A stretch of 64,000 nt of DNA from Schmidtea polychroa (GCA_044892525.1 CM097885.1:31808001-31872000), one strand, 5' to 3'. Counted from the first letter of the stretch, positions 1 through 13,673 are shown. The notes: a model not told the origin generated them from the letters alone. Made by a program: numbers and translations.

Positions 1-1007
1 TCTGATTTTGTAACTGGAAAACATGAAATACTTAAAATTTAATAATTTAGGAATTCGGAGAGAAAAATCAGTTAATTTTACGCGTTTTTAGTTGGTTTTC
101 ATTTTAAATGTGACAAAAACTATCATTTGTTTATTTATGTTTTTTTTAATTTAATTCATGTTTATGAGAAACTCTTACAGTTTATGGTTGGAATAATATA
201 TGATTTCAATGAATGATGATAAACTGGATTTAATTAATTTTTTAAAGACAATTAGAAAATAGAAATTGGAGATTTTGCCTTTTAACTATATAATTAAGTA
301 AATATTTAAAGAAGAAATGATTTCCATTTTTGAAAATAACTTTTTTATATCTATTAAAATTTAATTTTTTGTTTTTACATTGAGATTTAGAGAATTTGTG
401 ATAATCTTTTTTGCCCTTGATTTGCCCTTTTATATTCTCACTGATTTTATCATATGTTGGCGTCATGATTAACTCATTTATAGCCAGTGTTTCAAAATGG
501 GAGCAATTTGAAATAATTGTTTATCTTACAGAATATTTTCACATTGGCGTCAAAAATGTGCGCAGATTATAAATATTTAACCTTTTACTTTAGTCTACTA
601 TATATTTTACAGATGTATTGTGGTTTCTCCTGGATATTCAATACTTTGTTTATAACATTTTTGTCACTTACCTTTTAGAAAATATTTTGTACAAAATTGG
701 TTATAGATTATTGGAAATTATAAGTTGATAGTTTTGTATAAAACAAAATTCTGTAATAAAACTGTTAATTTTGAATTTTATTTAATAATTCTTACTATTT
801 TAAAAATTTGCTTGTTCTCGCCGGCATATATCTTCCTATCAATAATATTATTTGTTTTAGTTTGTACTTTTGTATTTTAATTATATAATTTTATAATTTT
901 TATATAATAATTTTATAATTTTTTTAAATTATTTTGTAATTTTAATTATATTTCGACTTTCATAATTTTAAATTATATATTTTTTACAATAAATTACTTT
1001 TTAATAG

Positions 1008-1599
1008 CATTAGTTTTGACGTACCGTCTTCTCCGCCGAGTGCAAACGGTGTTTCAAATTATTACAGTCATCTTTATTTGGATACAATGCACCTGAAATT
1101 GGAAACAATACAAAACAATACCGTTTCCATGCAAAACCAAATAAATGATCTACAGAATGCAATATTTCAACTGTCTTCCAATTTCGAAATTTTATTTAAT
1201 AGTTTTATCAATCAGAATAATGAAAAATCAGACCATCCGACTGAAAACTTCTATAGAGCTCCTCTGTCGTACGACAACGTTCCATATGTTGATGACAGTC
1301 CGACTTCTGAAATTGGAACAACAGAACCCATTTTAATGTCAAATCAGGAATCAAACTTTCACTCCCGCAATTGCTCAAGAGTTAACTCGCTAACGTGTCA
1401 ACCTTCTAATGGATCAGATGTCCATGTAACATTTGATTTAAACCCCACAAATATTGACCCTCCAAATCGAACTAAAATGTCAATTCCTTTATTGTCAAAA
1501 AAATCAAACTTTTCTACAAAGAAATTCAAATCAAAAATTTTCAGAAATAATTCTTCGTCCGGTGGAGTGACTAGAAGGTATAGATGCAGTAATTTGTAA
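1008..1599 (+). CDS. Probable terminal coding exon of an unidentified gene that begins upstream of the window
   Basis: T-rich acceptor ending TAG at 1005-1007. The frame is open from 1009 (ISFDVPSSPPSANG...) into the 173-aa ORF, with a coiled-coil-like stretch (LETIQNNTVSMQNQINDLQNAIFQL) and a Ser/Asn-rich tail. AATAAA at 1694-1699. No family recognised. Confidence 0.5.
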
Positions 1600-1906
1600 A
1601 TCGTATTGCAAAATTTGGTCTTTCTTCTCTTGGTTGTTTTCCACAATAAGCGTTTTCTGGTCAAAGTTCGTTGTACGTATCATATTCAACTATAATAAAT
1701 TTGATATTTTTGAAATTTATTTTAATTTAAATTTACATTGACACACTTTTTAAATTCGTACAAAACATATTTTAACCCTTACAAATCGATGGGTTTTCAA
1801 TTTCTTTTTCATTCTTGCTGTTAAAGAGAAAGAATCGTTTAAAACTCATTTTATTGAAAACATACAAAATGTCACATTTTAATAAAGAAAAAATATATTT
1901 AAACAT

Positions 1907-2114
1907 AAATAAAAACACAAATATTTTCACTGTTGACAATTTGTGATGTTTTTATAATAAATCGAAATTATTGTTTCATATTCCATGACTAGATGAATTA
2001 TTGTTGTTTTTAAAGGTAATAATTTAATATCTAAATACATAATTTTCTATGTAACAATGTATAGCTGTAACGCTATTTAAATGTTGAAATGAATACTAAT
2101 TAATTATTAGTTAT
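1907..2114. repeat. Segment duplicated in inverted orientation at 13258-13477
   Basis: 13258-13477 reads as the reverse complement of 1907-2114, near identical apart from one short internal rearrangement. Confidence 0.9.
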
Positions 2115-2992
2115 TATCAGTTATATAACAGTTTTCGTTTTATATAAAAACTTTGAATATAAAAATAACTTTTTAGAAGAGAATTGCATGTTTTGATTTA
2201 AACGCTGTTTGACCATAAAATTAGCTAATTATCTAAAGTTGAAATATAAACATGAAAAGTCCGTCATTTTAACAGGTTATGTTTAATAATTTTTTCCTGG
2301 CGGCTTCGCGCGTTGCACTGATCACAATTTTGGTTATTTCCTCTCCATTCAAAATCCTAATTCTTTCGTTATACTTTTATTAATTTTGCTGTTAAATAGT
2401 TAAATGTAAATGGTTTGTTTAAACTTTTTAAAAAACGAAAAAAAAATAGGTAAAATTGTCTTAAATTATTAATGTTGATGTTGATGGAATAAAGCTGATT
2501 AGAGTGGTTTGTCATTCTACATATGATGAAAGGGAAGGGACACGTTTCTTAGTCACGAACCCTTTGAACATTTCCAAGCCTGTTGTGAACCGATAATCAA
2601 ATATATAACTTCTATCGACTGTATCTTCGTTACTCCTGGTTATATGGAAAATGCTTCATAAAGCAAATAATATTTTCCGGTTTCGACCAAAATGGTAATT
2701 CTGAGAATATATATTATAAGAACTTTTTTCAAATTTCACCACTGATTTGGATTTGTTGTCGATGATTCTATTTTACTTAAGGAACTAACTCAATCTAAGA
2801 AAATAGTTCACATCATCCCTTATTTAGTGAGTTTTAATCTTGTCAAAAATTAATTTTTTTCTATTTTACAATTATTGATGAGATAAAGAATATTTTAAAA
2901 ACTTAATTTATTACTATGTATGTTTCTATTTATAGCTCTTATAAACTCTCAATCTAATTTGATATATTTGAGGAAGAAAATGAACGAACATA

Positions 2993-3507
2993 AGTAGGGT
3001 AATGTGTGGACCCGGGAACAAAGAACTATTAAGTAATCGATGATGTCACAAAAGAAATTACGTCATACCCCACCCCTCCCCGGAGTAATTTTTTAAAAAT
3101 GTAACAAAGACATGTTATGTAATAATGGCGTATTATATAATACGTGTATATTACGTAACCGACAGATATGATATAGCAAATACATATTATATAACAAATA
3201 CGTATTATGTAACGAAGAAATTTTAAGAAACAAAGACATATGACTCATCATTTTTTACGGAACAAATGCATATGACTCATCAATTTAAACAATACTATTA
3301 CGTAACAAAGATATTTTACCAAACAAATAGATATGACTCATCAATTTAAACAAAGAACTATTATGTAACAAAGACATTTTACCAAACAAAGAGATATGAC
3401 TCATCAATTTAAACAAATAACTATTGTGTAATGAATATGTATTATGTAATAAAGACATATTATGTAATAAAGATATATTAAGTAACGAATGGATATTGTG
3501 TAATAAA
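2993..3507 (+). mobile_element. Orphan Polinton/Maverick-like left terminus with subterminal repeats
   Basis: Begins AGTAGGGTAATGTGTGGACCCGGG, then a C-run (CCCCACCCCTCCCCGG) and ~20-nt degenerate repeats (aacaaagacatattatgt). Architecture mirrors the ends at 13257, 16434, 37433 and 17575/25945. Confidence 0.5.
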
Positions 3508-3699
3508 GAGGAAGAAAATGAACGAACACAAAATTTAAAAATTGAAATTATTTTGAAATTTAAAAGGGTTTTTCATATATTTATATTAAAGAGAGGTAAA
3601 AAAACAAATTTTTAAAATTTAAAATGTAAACTACACCTAATCCTCAATTTATACTAATGATAGGTTCAGCACAAAACCTTGTAAATCGAAATCTTGGAT

Positions 3700-3960
3700 T
3701 TCTCTTACTAATAAGATTCCTTAAATTCCCTATATTTCTACCCTTAATTCATATTATTACAAATATTTCACTAAAATCATCAAATTTCCCTTAAATAACT
3801 CTATCTTTAAAGATTAGTATTTTATCGATAAATACTTTTAAAAGGATATATATTTCCCTCAAACTAATAAGATTTCTTAAAATCCCTTTAAATGACTATA
3901 ATTATATCTTTAATTCCTATTATCACACATATTTCACTAAAATCATCAAAAATCATTAAC
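3700..3960 (+). repeat. Degenerate ~180-bp repeat shared with the foldback spacer (21370-21850)
   Basis: Both places contain aaataactctatctttaaagattagtattttatcgataaata and ctaataagattccttaaa...aatgactata. Confidence 0.75.
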
Positions 3961-4089
3961 TCTAAGCAATTTATAAAATCTAATGATAAAACCAGTTATA
4001 ATTAAAAAATAATTAAAAATAATTAAATTTTTGTTCTACTCGAAATTAAAAATAAATATTACTGTACAATATAACTGACTAGGTCCCAT

Positions 4090-5003
4090 TGAAAGATTAA
4101 ATTTATCCATTCAATAAAATATATTTCTTCAAATGATCATTTTACCGATAATTACTGATTAAAATCACTCGATAAATTTCTTCCAAAAAAGATCAATTTT
4201 CTTTAGTTGTTGTCGATGTTTTAAGTGAATATTTCTCAACTTTTGTTTGCCTATAACATTTACATAAAGATAAAAATAATTTAAAGTTGATGTCAATCCC
4301 AATTATCTGTAAATATTTCATTGCCAAAACCAAGTAAATCGATCATTATACCTACTTAATAAAACATTGTTCTAAACCATAAATCTAAATTAATTTACTG
4401 TGCATTCATTACAATCTAATAAAACAATATAATTTCAAATTATTATTTATTCATAACTGACTAATATATTGCCATTTCCCTTAAAACATTGATATTTACC
4501 AACATTACTCATTTAAATATTCAAAAGATTCCCACATTAACCGATACCCCATTAAATCCAACCGACTATATTCCTTTTAAAAGATCATATTTTCACACCA
4601 TATCCTATCCCTCATTAAATCCGACTGCCTATATTCCCTTTAAAGATCATATTTTCCCATCCTTACCGATCTCTTATTAAATCTAATCGACAATATCCCA
4701 TCTTAATCGATCTCTCGCCAAATATTTCTACCCCTTTAAACAATCTAACCGACTATATCCTTTAATTCTAATTCAATCAATCCTCTTAAAATTCTTAGAG
4801 AATTCTTCAAAAATATGAATTTTCATTAACTGTTATCGACATCCAACATACATCTATGAAATAATTTAGTAACTAAATTCATGTAGTAAAAGATCAAAAT
4901 TCACTAAAATAAATATTTTCTACAAATATTTCACCCATCAAATATCTAACTAGAAATGTTATATATTGATTGATCATATATTCTTCATCGATTCAGCCAA
5001 TCA
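4090..5003. repeat. Diverged ~0.9-kb inverted repeat, partner at ~9225-10075
   Basis: Collinear reverse-complement matches: ttcttcatcgattcagc / gctgaatcgatgaagaa; aaaaccaagtaaatcgatcatta / taatgatcaatttacttggtttt; aaagatcaattttctttagttgttgtcgat / atcgacaacggctaaaaaaaattgatcttt. Confidence 0.8.
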
Positions 5004-6055
5004 TTTTCAAGCAATAATAACAAACTAAATCATAGATATCATTTAATCATAGTTTTTACAAAACAATGAATTAGTATATTTCGTTAAATGTTTCCAGTCT
5101 CCGTTTTCTTTGATCCATGGATAAATTTTAATATTTCTCCTGCTGGCTAATTTAAATATTTCTTATGTTCATTTGGACATAAAATAAGAAATTTTCGAAT
5201 GTACATTAAACTTGTGATAACTTTGGATCAACGAATACCATCTCCAAATAAAGAGTTAAAGAATTTTCTTTTATTTGCGAGTCTTTGGAACTTCAATTAG
5301 TGCAAAATTATGAAAAAAATTAAAATTTAAAAATATTTTTTATGTTATGAAAATTATTTGTTGTGCTTCGTTGAACCTCAAATTTTCATATTCTCATTTT
5401 TTGTATTTATACTTCAAAATAAATAGAAATTATAAATTTTTCTTAGAAAACTGAACCTAGTAAGTGCCTATCTTTGCCTATAGCATAAAATTGTAAAAGA
5501 CCAACCCTGGCTCCAAGTTATTATCGGTTTGGAAAATTATCAAGGGAAAATAGTAATTCCTTGTTGATGTTGTTCTAGAATTTTAATTTTATTGCGACTA
5601 AATATGTAAAACCAATTTTTATTTCATTTAATTAAAGACCTAATTGACAAAAAACATTTATTACGTGGTTAATTATTTACAAATTTTGAAAGCAGAAACT
5701 GAATTATTTTTATCAAAAACTTAGTAATTTCATAAAACTTTTGTTTATATGCATCAATGAACTAAATTTACTATCATTAATGTTGGCAAATATTAATCAC
5801 AAATGAAGAATTCATTTGAAAATAATGCGCAACATGAAATTTTCTTCTAGAAAATCACAATGAATTCTAGATAGATGTGGAAAATATCCTATTATATTTT
5901 TCAGGAATGTAAAATGTCGTGTTATGGGTTCTAAGAGACCTAGTGAAAGTTTACATTCTGACATAAAGGATTTCAAAAATATTTATACGTATGTTACCAA
6001 ATTTCACTTGATTAAAGAAAAAATAAATTCCTCATCCTGTTTTCTAAGAATTTTC

Positions 6056-6410
6056 GGTACTTCCGTGTTATCTTACCCCCCAAAATTAAATTATAAAATA
6101 CAATTAAAATAATAATATAAAAATTGAGAGAATACATTATTGATGACGCTATTGAACATTATTGAACATGAATTTATTAAGGCTATCTGTGATTTATGTG
6201 AGTTTATGTGGCGCAAACGTGTTCTAAGCAACAGTGCCGATGTGTTCGACACTATTCTCAACGACATTGTGGTTTTCTGGCCACCTGGATGACCATTTAC
6301 AAACTCTTTACAAACATTTGCTGAGTTTGTAACTGTGATTTAGAAAATAAATATAATAATTGTGTTCTTTTTTAATTTAATTTTTGGTGGTAAGATAACA
6401 CGGAAGTACC
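6056..6410 (+). mobile_element. Non-autonomous Merlin (IS1016-related) DNA transposon, internally deleted
   Basis: TIRs GGTACTTCCGTGTTATCTTACC...GGTAAGATAACACGGAAGTACC. Perfect 8-bp TSD GAATTTTC (6048-6055, 6411-6418). Internal peptide LCEFMWRKR...DVFDTILNDIVVFWPPG* resembles the Merlin transposase C-terminus. Confidence 0.85.
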
Positions 6411-7659
6411 GAATTTTCCTATGTTGGTAGTTATCGAAGTAATTTAGTGAGTTTCTTAAATAATATTTGGGTTCAAATGAAACTTTACTCTGTACTGATT
6501 AGAATATTTGATTTCTCGATTTGGTTTAACCAGTATTATCAATCCAAATTCTATATTAAGATTTTTTTAATCCTGACAGTTGATCATTTGTACATATGAT
6601 CACTGTGTCCTCAGCATTATGATAGCTGACTTGTTTTACAAGGGTAAAAATCATTTTACTCGCTTTTTTATAACTTCGCCTTAGACCAAATTATTTAATA
6701 ATTTTAAAAACAAATTTAAGATCATTTAAACAAAAATTCAAATTGGCAACGAAAATATTAAATGAACGCTTACTAAGTTAAAACAAAATTTCAAAATGGT
6801 TATCACTTCGTTTAAACAAAAAAAAACAATATTGTTTGAAATTATATAATCACATGAGATTTTACATCACTAATTTAGTATCTAGTAGCTACATATTTGA
6901 GTTGAAGTGTTTGTTTTGATTATATCGCCATTACTTACTCAATGATTAAGCATTATATATACAGGTAAGGAGTATTTTTTTCTGTCAAGTGCTCACTTAT
7001 TATTGACATACAGTCAAAACAATGTGGCAAATGGAACATTAAAACAATTTGGATATATTCAGTAAGACCACCAGCTGATTTAATCTAACATTCTATATTA
7101 TATATACAATTGAGTACACAAATTAGCATGATTTGTAAATTCACAATTTTTCAGTCATTAACCTTTTGGGCTCCGTTGGCGACTTTATGTCGACATGATA
7201 GATTCCTGTGTCGCCACTTAATGTCACTATTTATAAGTTATAAAACTTATAAATAGTTATCGATTGTTGCTATTTTTGTTTAAATTAATTAATTATTTGC
7301 ATGATATCATTTTTTTAACTAATTTTGTCTTAAGTCTACTATTTTTGCTTAAAATTTCAAAAATGTATTCTGCAATTGCAGTTATGTCATACAAAAAAAT
7401 TCAAGAGTTGAAAGGGTTTAATTACAATTAAATAAGTTAGAGGTTAACATATTGTCGATCGATTGAGGAGATATCCCCGTTTTGTATTGTAATGCAACAC
7501 AGCACTTTATAGATTATTTTCAGGATATATCTAATATATTTTGATGTCCCTTGATCACATTAAATTATCACTACATTTTTTATCTAATACAAATAGTAAA
7601 ATAAAAACATTATGGAAGAAGAAAGTTCTATAAGTGGTGAAAGAAAAAACTGTCACCAA

Positions 7660-7825
7660 GTTATGATCGACCAGAAAGGCTTTCGATGGACATGAAAAAA
7701 CACAAACTTGTCCAATTGTTATCGGAGGTAACAAAAAATATCCTCAGAGATAATGTAAGGTCTGTTCTGCTAATAAAATATCTGGATATACTCGATATAT
7801 TTGTGAAAGCTGTACCATTATACAA
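7660..7825 (+). pseudogene. piggyBac (PGBD4-like) transposase C-terminal Cys-rich remnant
   Basis: RLSMDMKKHKL / IVIGGNKKYPQR*CKVCSANKISGYTRYICESC, with a frameshift and a stop. Confidence 0.6.
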
Positions 7826-10800
7826 ACTTACATAATATCAATGAAATCACCATTAAAAATACTAAATTTTACGTCATTTGAATTAAAATATATGAATATT
7901 AATTATCCCATTATTATTTTGTTATTTTAAATGTTTATAAAAACTTCATTGCTGCCTACATTTGAAAATGTCACTCGTTGTCTGTGTAAAAATGTGTGGT
8001 GGTTACCTCATGCTCAGGAGTAATTCGTTCGTTCGGTAATGTGTTAAATATCACTGGAGTATGATTAATAAATTTGTTGTGGTTGTCAGTGAAATTATTA
8101 TTTAACAATAATAACATGCTCCAGGCAGTATACATTTTTATTGATTGACACAATTGTTTGCCAATTTACAGTGGCACTGATAATTCAATATTACAACTTT
8201 GACTACTTTTTGCAACCCTTTGAGGTGAATAGCGCGTTTACAATATAACTTTGAATTCACAACTACTTGACTACTGTTTGGTTTCAATGATCGGTAAAGT
8301 CGATCTAGTTGCTTTCTTAACTTTAACTTGAATTTACTCGATAGCTTTAATATATTTTAAATCACTTCTCCTATAACTTCATAATTCACCATGAGTTTCG
8401 TTTTAATTCTGTTTTCTTCTTTTCTTTAAAACTTTGTTTCCTTTTTACTTTACAAATTTTGTCTCATTTTCTCCATTAGAAATTGCGTCTTTCGGCTCAG
8501 GTTGTGTTTCCTTTTATAGTCTGCAATCTAATGACACTAAATCCTATTGACTTCAGTTTAGATACCTTCTTCCCGTACATTCCCTTCGATAATCTACATT
8601 CTTCTATTATCTCTGGTATTATCTCTGTGTTATTAAAATTATCTTTCGACTTTACGCTTCTTAACATTTTAGAATAAGATTTTTTATCAAAATTTGTGTT
8701 AATTTGACTGATTCAATTTGATGGAGTTATTGTTAATTCGTTTTATTATATATACTCTGAGTTTATCCGACAAGATATTTTCTCCCTCTATGGGTACTGC
8801 TCACAATTGGTACTGCTCGTAAGGGTACTGGTCGTAAAGGTACTGGTATGTTTTAATGATTTTATTTAGGCAAATTTTTGGTTATTATTTAGCATTAAAT
8901 TCATTGGTAATTTTTAGAGTTAGCGGGATTTTACTAACATTATTACTAACCTTTTTGTGAATAATTGAAAGAATATTTTGAAATTTAACGTTTTAGTGTT
9001 AATTCTAAGACAAATTTAATTAATTTCTTGATAATTTGCTATATTTTATTGACTTTTTTTTAAATTTACTTTTAAATAAAAATTATTTTTAATGACAGTT
9101 AGGTTAATAATTAGAGTTTTTACAATAATCAAGTGATTATTATTTAATTTTTGTAAAAATTATTGTAAAATATACTGAAATTTGTGATTTTGAAAGATAT
9201 ATCACGTTATAATTGCTATATAATTAGCTGAATCGATGAAGAATTATGATAAATCAATATATTTCATCTCTAGTTAGGTATTTGATGGTAAATGTGGTGA
9301 AATATTTGTAGAAAATATTGATTTTAGTGAATTTTGATCTTTTAGTGGGCTCTTACTACATGAATTTAGATACTAAATTATTTCAATGGAAGGATGTCTG
9401 TAACAATTAAATAAAATTCATATTTTGAAGAATTTTCTATGGATTTTAAGAGAATTGATATATTAAAGGTCTGATATATTAAAGTCGGTTGGTTAAGATG
9501 GTAATATATGATTTTTAAGGGGGTGTTTAAAATGATAGAAATATTTGGTGAGGGATCGGTTAAGGTGGAAATGTTTGAAATCTCTATTTAAATCGACAAT
9601 GTTCTTATTGGTAAAATTTTAAAGGGAAATAGTCAGTATTTAGCTATGAATTAATAATAGTTCCTGTGAAATTATATCGTTTTAGAGGTTTATTAGGTTG
9701 TGATGAATGTTATTGCACAGTAATTTAGATTTATGTTTTAGAACCAGTTTTTTTATTAATTATCCACTGTTTTATTAAGTCGTTTAGGGTTAATGATCAA
9801 TTTACTTGGTTTTCACAATGAAATATTTGAAATCTTTAGAATTAATTGGGATTGATATCAAAGGTTATTGCTTTAAATTATTTACTTAAGAAGTTATTTT
9901 ATTCATTGTGGGGACATCAGTGACAAAACTTGAGAAATATTGACTTAAAAGTTGGAAATCGACAACGGCTAAAAAAAATTGATCTTTATTGAAGGAATTT
10001 TATGATTTTAATTAGAAATTAAATCGGTTGAATATCAGTTAATCTATTGAAGGAATATTGTTATCGGATGGATAAGTGATATTTTGCCAAATTACCTTTG
10101 CTAAATATTATTTTAAATCACTAAAAATGAGAAAATTAAGCACTATTCATAAATTGATGACCCAAAATATCAATGTTTTGGTTACTCAAACATCTTAAAT
10201 TTCTCGCAAAGATATATTACGTCTAATGATCATCTAATTAAATTAGAAAAGAATTGTAACCCTATATAAATATATATTTTTAACTAATAAGCACCTTATT
10301 TGGTTAAATGATAACCATATTTCTATTATGACTCCTTTAAATATTTTTGCCTCAAACAAATTTACTCCAAATGATAAAGAATTTAAAATTATCAATGAAT
10401 AATGACCATGTTTTTCTCATATTATTATCTATTGTAACGAACATTAGATGAATAAATTAATTTTTGCTTTAAATGACTACAAAGTTAACCAATAAATTAG
10501 TCGCTCGACATAAGTGTAAAGTTACATTTAAAATATTCACGATCATCTCACTAAATTACCTAAGAATTTCTAAATGATTAATATACCCTTGCGACATGTT
10601 GAATGTGACCAGTACCCTTGCCACCATTACCCTTAGGGGGACAGAATATCTTGCCGGATAAACTAGGAGTATATGGTCTTTATTGATATATCAAAATACT
10701 GTTATTTATAAATCAACTAAAAATACTCAAAAATACTATATTATTTTACTGAATGATACCTTAAATGTTTTTAATATACATATTTCTAAAATAAATCAAC

Positions 10801-11399
10801 AGTTCAAACCAACAACATGTATGCAAGACCACCCATTGTTAATTTATTCCCAGTGTCACGTCCCTCAAAAATACCGTGAGTGTTTTAACAAAACTGAGCT
10901 CAAAGAAACTTTCCAGATAACAACTCACCTGAATGTTTTGAACAAAAATGAGCGAAATTGAGAACAAACGATTAGATGGCGATTAAATTCTGGCCATAAC
11001 CCTAACAACATGAAAATTAAGATTTTAATTATTGAATTCGTTGTTTACTGCCTGGAAATACTAACAGAATATTTTTTAATTCAAAGAATCTTCATTATAA
11101 ATATTTGAATTTAAAAAATTAAATGAAGGATATATAAGTGTACATAAAATTATAATATTATATAAAATTATACTATATAATAATGTTAATGTTTAAATAT
11201 GCTTAAATAACTAAATTTACTACAATATTTTAATTATTTTACTTAGTAATGAAGAAAATGAATTATATGATTATGAAGAAGATGAACCAGACAAAATGGT
11301 GAAACACTAAATGACTTATGTTCTGGATTTAGAAATTTCTTATTAAAACATGAATTATAGAAGAAAATGAACCAGACAAAATGGTGAAACATTGCTATG

Positions 11400-11880
11400 T
11401 TCTATATTTTTTAAATGAATTAGCTGATTGTGGGTGTCCTTCAACATGAATTATCAGACTTAAATTATGTAAACTTTCAACGAATGTCAAGAAAAATGGG
11501 AGAAACCGATGTTTTAGCAATTAGATATTGTAAAGTACTACCTGAAGAATATTATTATTAATGTAAGACATGAATTAATTCTTTAAAATATATATATTAT
11601 ATTTAGGTATCTGTTTTATGGTGGGAAATGACATTGAAAAGTATACCACAAATAACAGTTGCCTAATTTATCAAGCCTGTGATGATAAAATGTTAGATAA
11701 TGTAAGTTAATTGCTTTTAAATCAATATAAATTTTAGCAATGATAGTTGACACCACATCAGAAACTAAGAAATATGTCCAATTCGCAAGATGTATTCCAT
11801 GAAATCACTATCAAATGGCCTGATGGAGAGATTAATTTTGAGATAGATTACCAACAGAAGAGCGAGAAAAATTTGTAAAT
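11400..11880 (+). pseudogene. Possible decayed spliced gene fragment (RING-finger-like Cys pattern)
   Basis: Two short GTAAG...TTTAG introns (11563-11606, 11702-11737) flank an exon reading CICFM...ACDDKM. CPIRK follows in a shifted frame; stops are present. Confidence 0.25.
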
Positions 11881-12072
11881 TAAATATAATAGGGTTGGGT
11901 GGGTCCTCTTTATCCCTTAATTAATATATATTTACAAGCTGATCGTCGTGGTGGGCGGTTGTAATCCAACTAGTGGGAGGCCTCTGTAAATATATATTTG
12001 TGTTAGTGAAAACATTAATTAATTTGGTTATAGTGCCAATGACGCATGTATTTTGAAATTATACGTTTCGAA

Positions 12073-12215
12073 TGTGCTGGTAGTTGACTACCCATGCTAG
12101 GCGTAATGTTCCGTACGGAAAGCTATAATGCCCAGGTTCTTCTGACCCCACTTGGGGGAGGCACAGACGACCCTTGTGGACGCGAACAAATATCCACCGT
12201 GTCTTTCAGGCACAG
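12073..12215. other. GC-rich multi-hairpin island, candidate structured RNA or retroelement UTR relic
   Basis: Stems: GGTAG/CTACC (12079-12092), TTCCGTACGGAA palindrome (12109-12120), CCCC/GGGG (12146-12157), GTGGA/TCCAC (12176-12197), GTGTC/GGCAC (12199-12213), and a closing TGTGC/GCACA (12073/12165). Confidence 0.3.
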
Positions 12216-12344
12216 ATATTTGGTCACTGCTCATTAGGCCTGGCAATACTAAATGCATAAACTTTGCCTTGTCCTCTCTTGTCTTGATTTTTATCGTTTA
12301 AATATAAAAGTGTGTGTGATAGGTTTTATTTACTAACCATAATT

Positions 12345-12472
12345 AATATACCCTTGCGATATGTTGAGTGTCAGTAGTAGCTTTGTGAGCAATACCCATA
12401 GGGGGATAGAATATTTTGTCGGATAGATTAAGAGTATATATGATAATAATATTCCCCGTGCGCGTAATAATA

Positions 12473-12518
<46 letters not shown>

Positions 12519-13257
12519 TGAACTTGTATTTGAAATAATAATAATAATAATTTACGACATATTGAGTGTGAGTAGTACCCTTGTGACCATTACCCATAGG
12601 GGGACAGAATATCCTGTCGGATAGATTATAAATAATAATAACAACTTCCACGCGTGCGTTAATATTTTAAAAGAAAATATTGAAAATTAAAAAATAATAA
12701 TATGTAATCAACGATTAAAACAAATTATATTATTACGTATTCGATAATTAAAACAAAAAATTATATAATCAATGATTAAAACAAAATTATATAATCAACG
12801 ATTTAAACAAAATTAAATTATTATGTAATCGATAATTAAAACAAAATTATTAGTTCGGAAAATAAGAGGCATCGTTCTAAAAGTATGACGTAATCGTTCT
12901 AAAAATATTAGGCATCATTCTAAAAATTATTACGTAATCATTCTAAAAATATTAGGCACCGTTCTAAAAATATTAGGCATCGTTCTAAAAATATGACGTA
13001 ATCAATCTAAAAATATTAGACATCGTTCTAAAAATATTAGGCATCGTTCTAAAAATATGATGAGTCATTGTCTTTGTTCTAAAAATGTTCGGCATAGATT
13101 ACGTAATAGTTCTAAAAATATTAGGCATCGATTACGTAATAGTTCTAAAAATATTATGCATCGATTACGTAATAGTTCTAAAAAAAAATTTTCTCGGGGG
13201 GAGGGGGTATATGTGGTCTGGAGGGCCCCTGGTCTGGATGGCCCACATCCTACTACT
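12345..13257. mobile_element. Polinton/Maverick-like right terminus, copy A
   Basis: 21-bp subterminal array (GTTCTAAAAATATTAGGCATC), a G-run, then the end ...GGCCCACATCCTACTACT (reverse complement AGTAGTAGGATGTGGGCC). Confidence 0.65.
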
Positions 13258-13673
13258 ATAACTAATAATTAATTAGTATTCATTTCAACATTTAAATAGC
13301 GTTACAGCTATACATTGTTACATAGAAAATTATGTATTTAGATATTAAATTAGATATAATAATTTAGATATTAAAAACAACAATAATTCATCTAGTCATG
13401 GAATATGAAACAATAATTTCGATTTATTATAAAAACATCACAAATTGTCAACAGTGAAAATATTTGTGTTTTTATTTTGTCGGATAGACAAGGAGTATAT
13501 ACACCCATGTTAAACAACGTATGTGTATATAGAATGTGTGTGTAAAATTATCGCTCCTTATTGACAACTTCCTGTAAAGGCAAACACAGAATACTGCAAA
13601 CATAATAATACTCTACCCCATAACTTAGTATGTAAAAATTATTTAAGGTTTTTTCACTAATAATAATAATAAT

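Noticed and set aside
2987..3000. 2993 terminus as the partner end of 13257 or 16434
   Set aside because: Its flank AACATA matches neither ATAACT nor CAGGTG, and the terminal sequences are only loosely similar.
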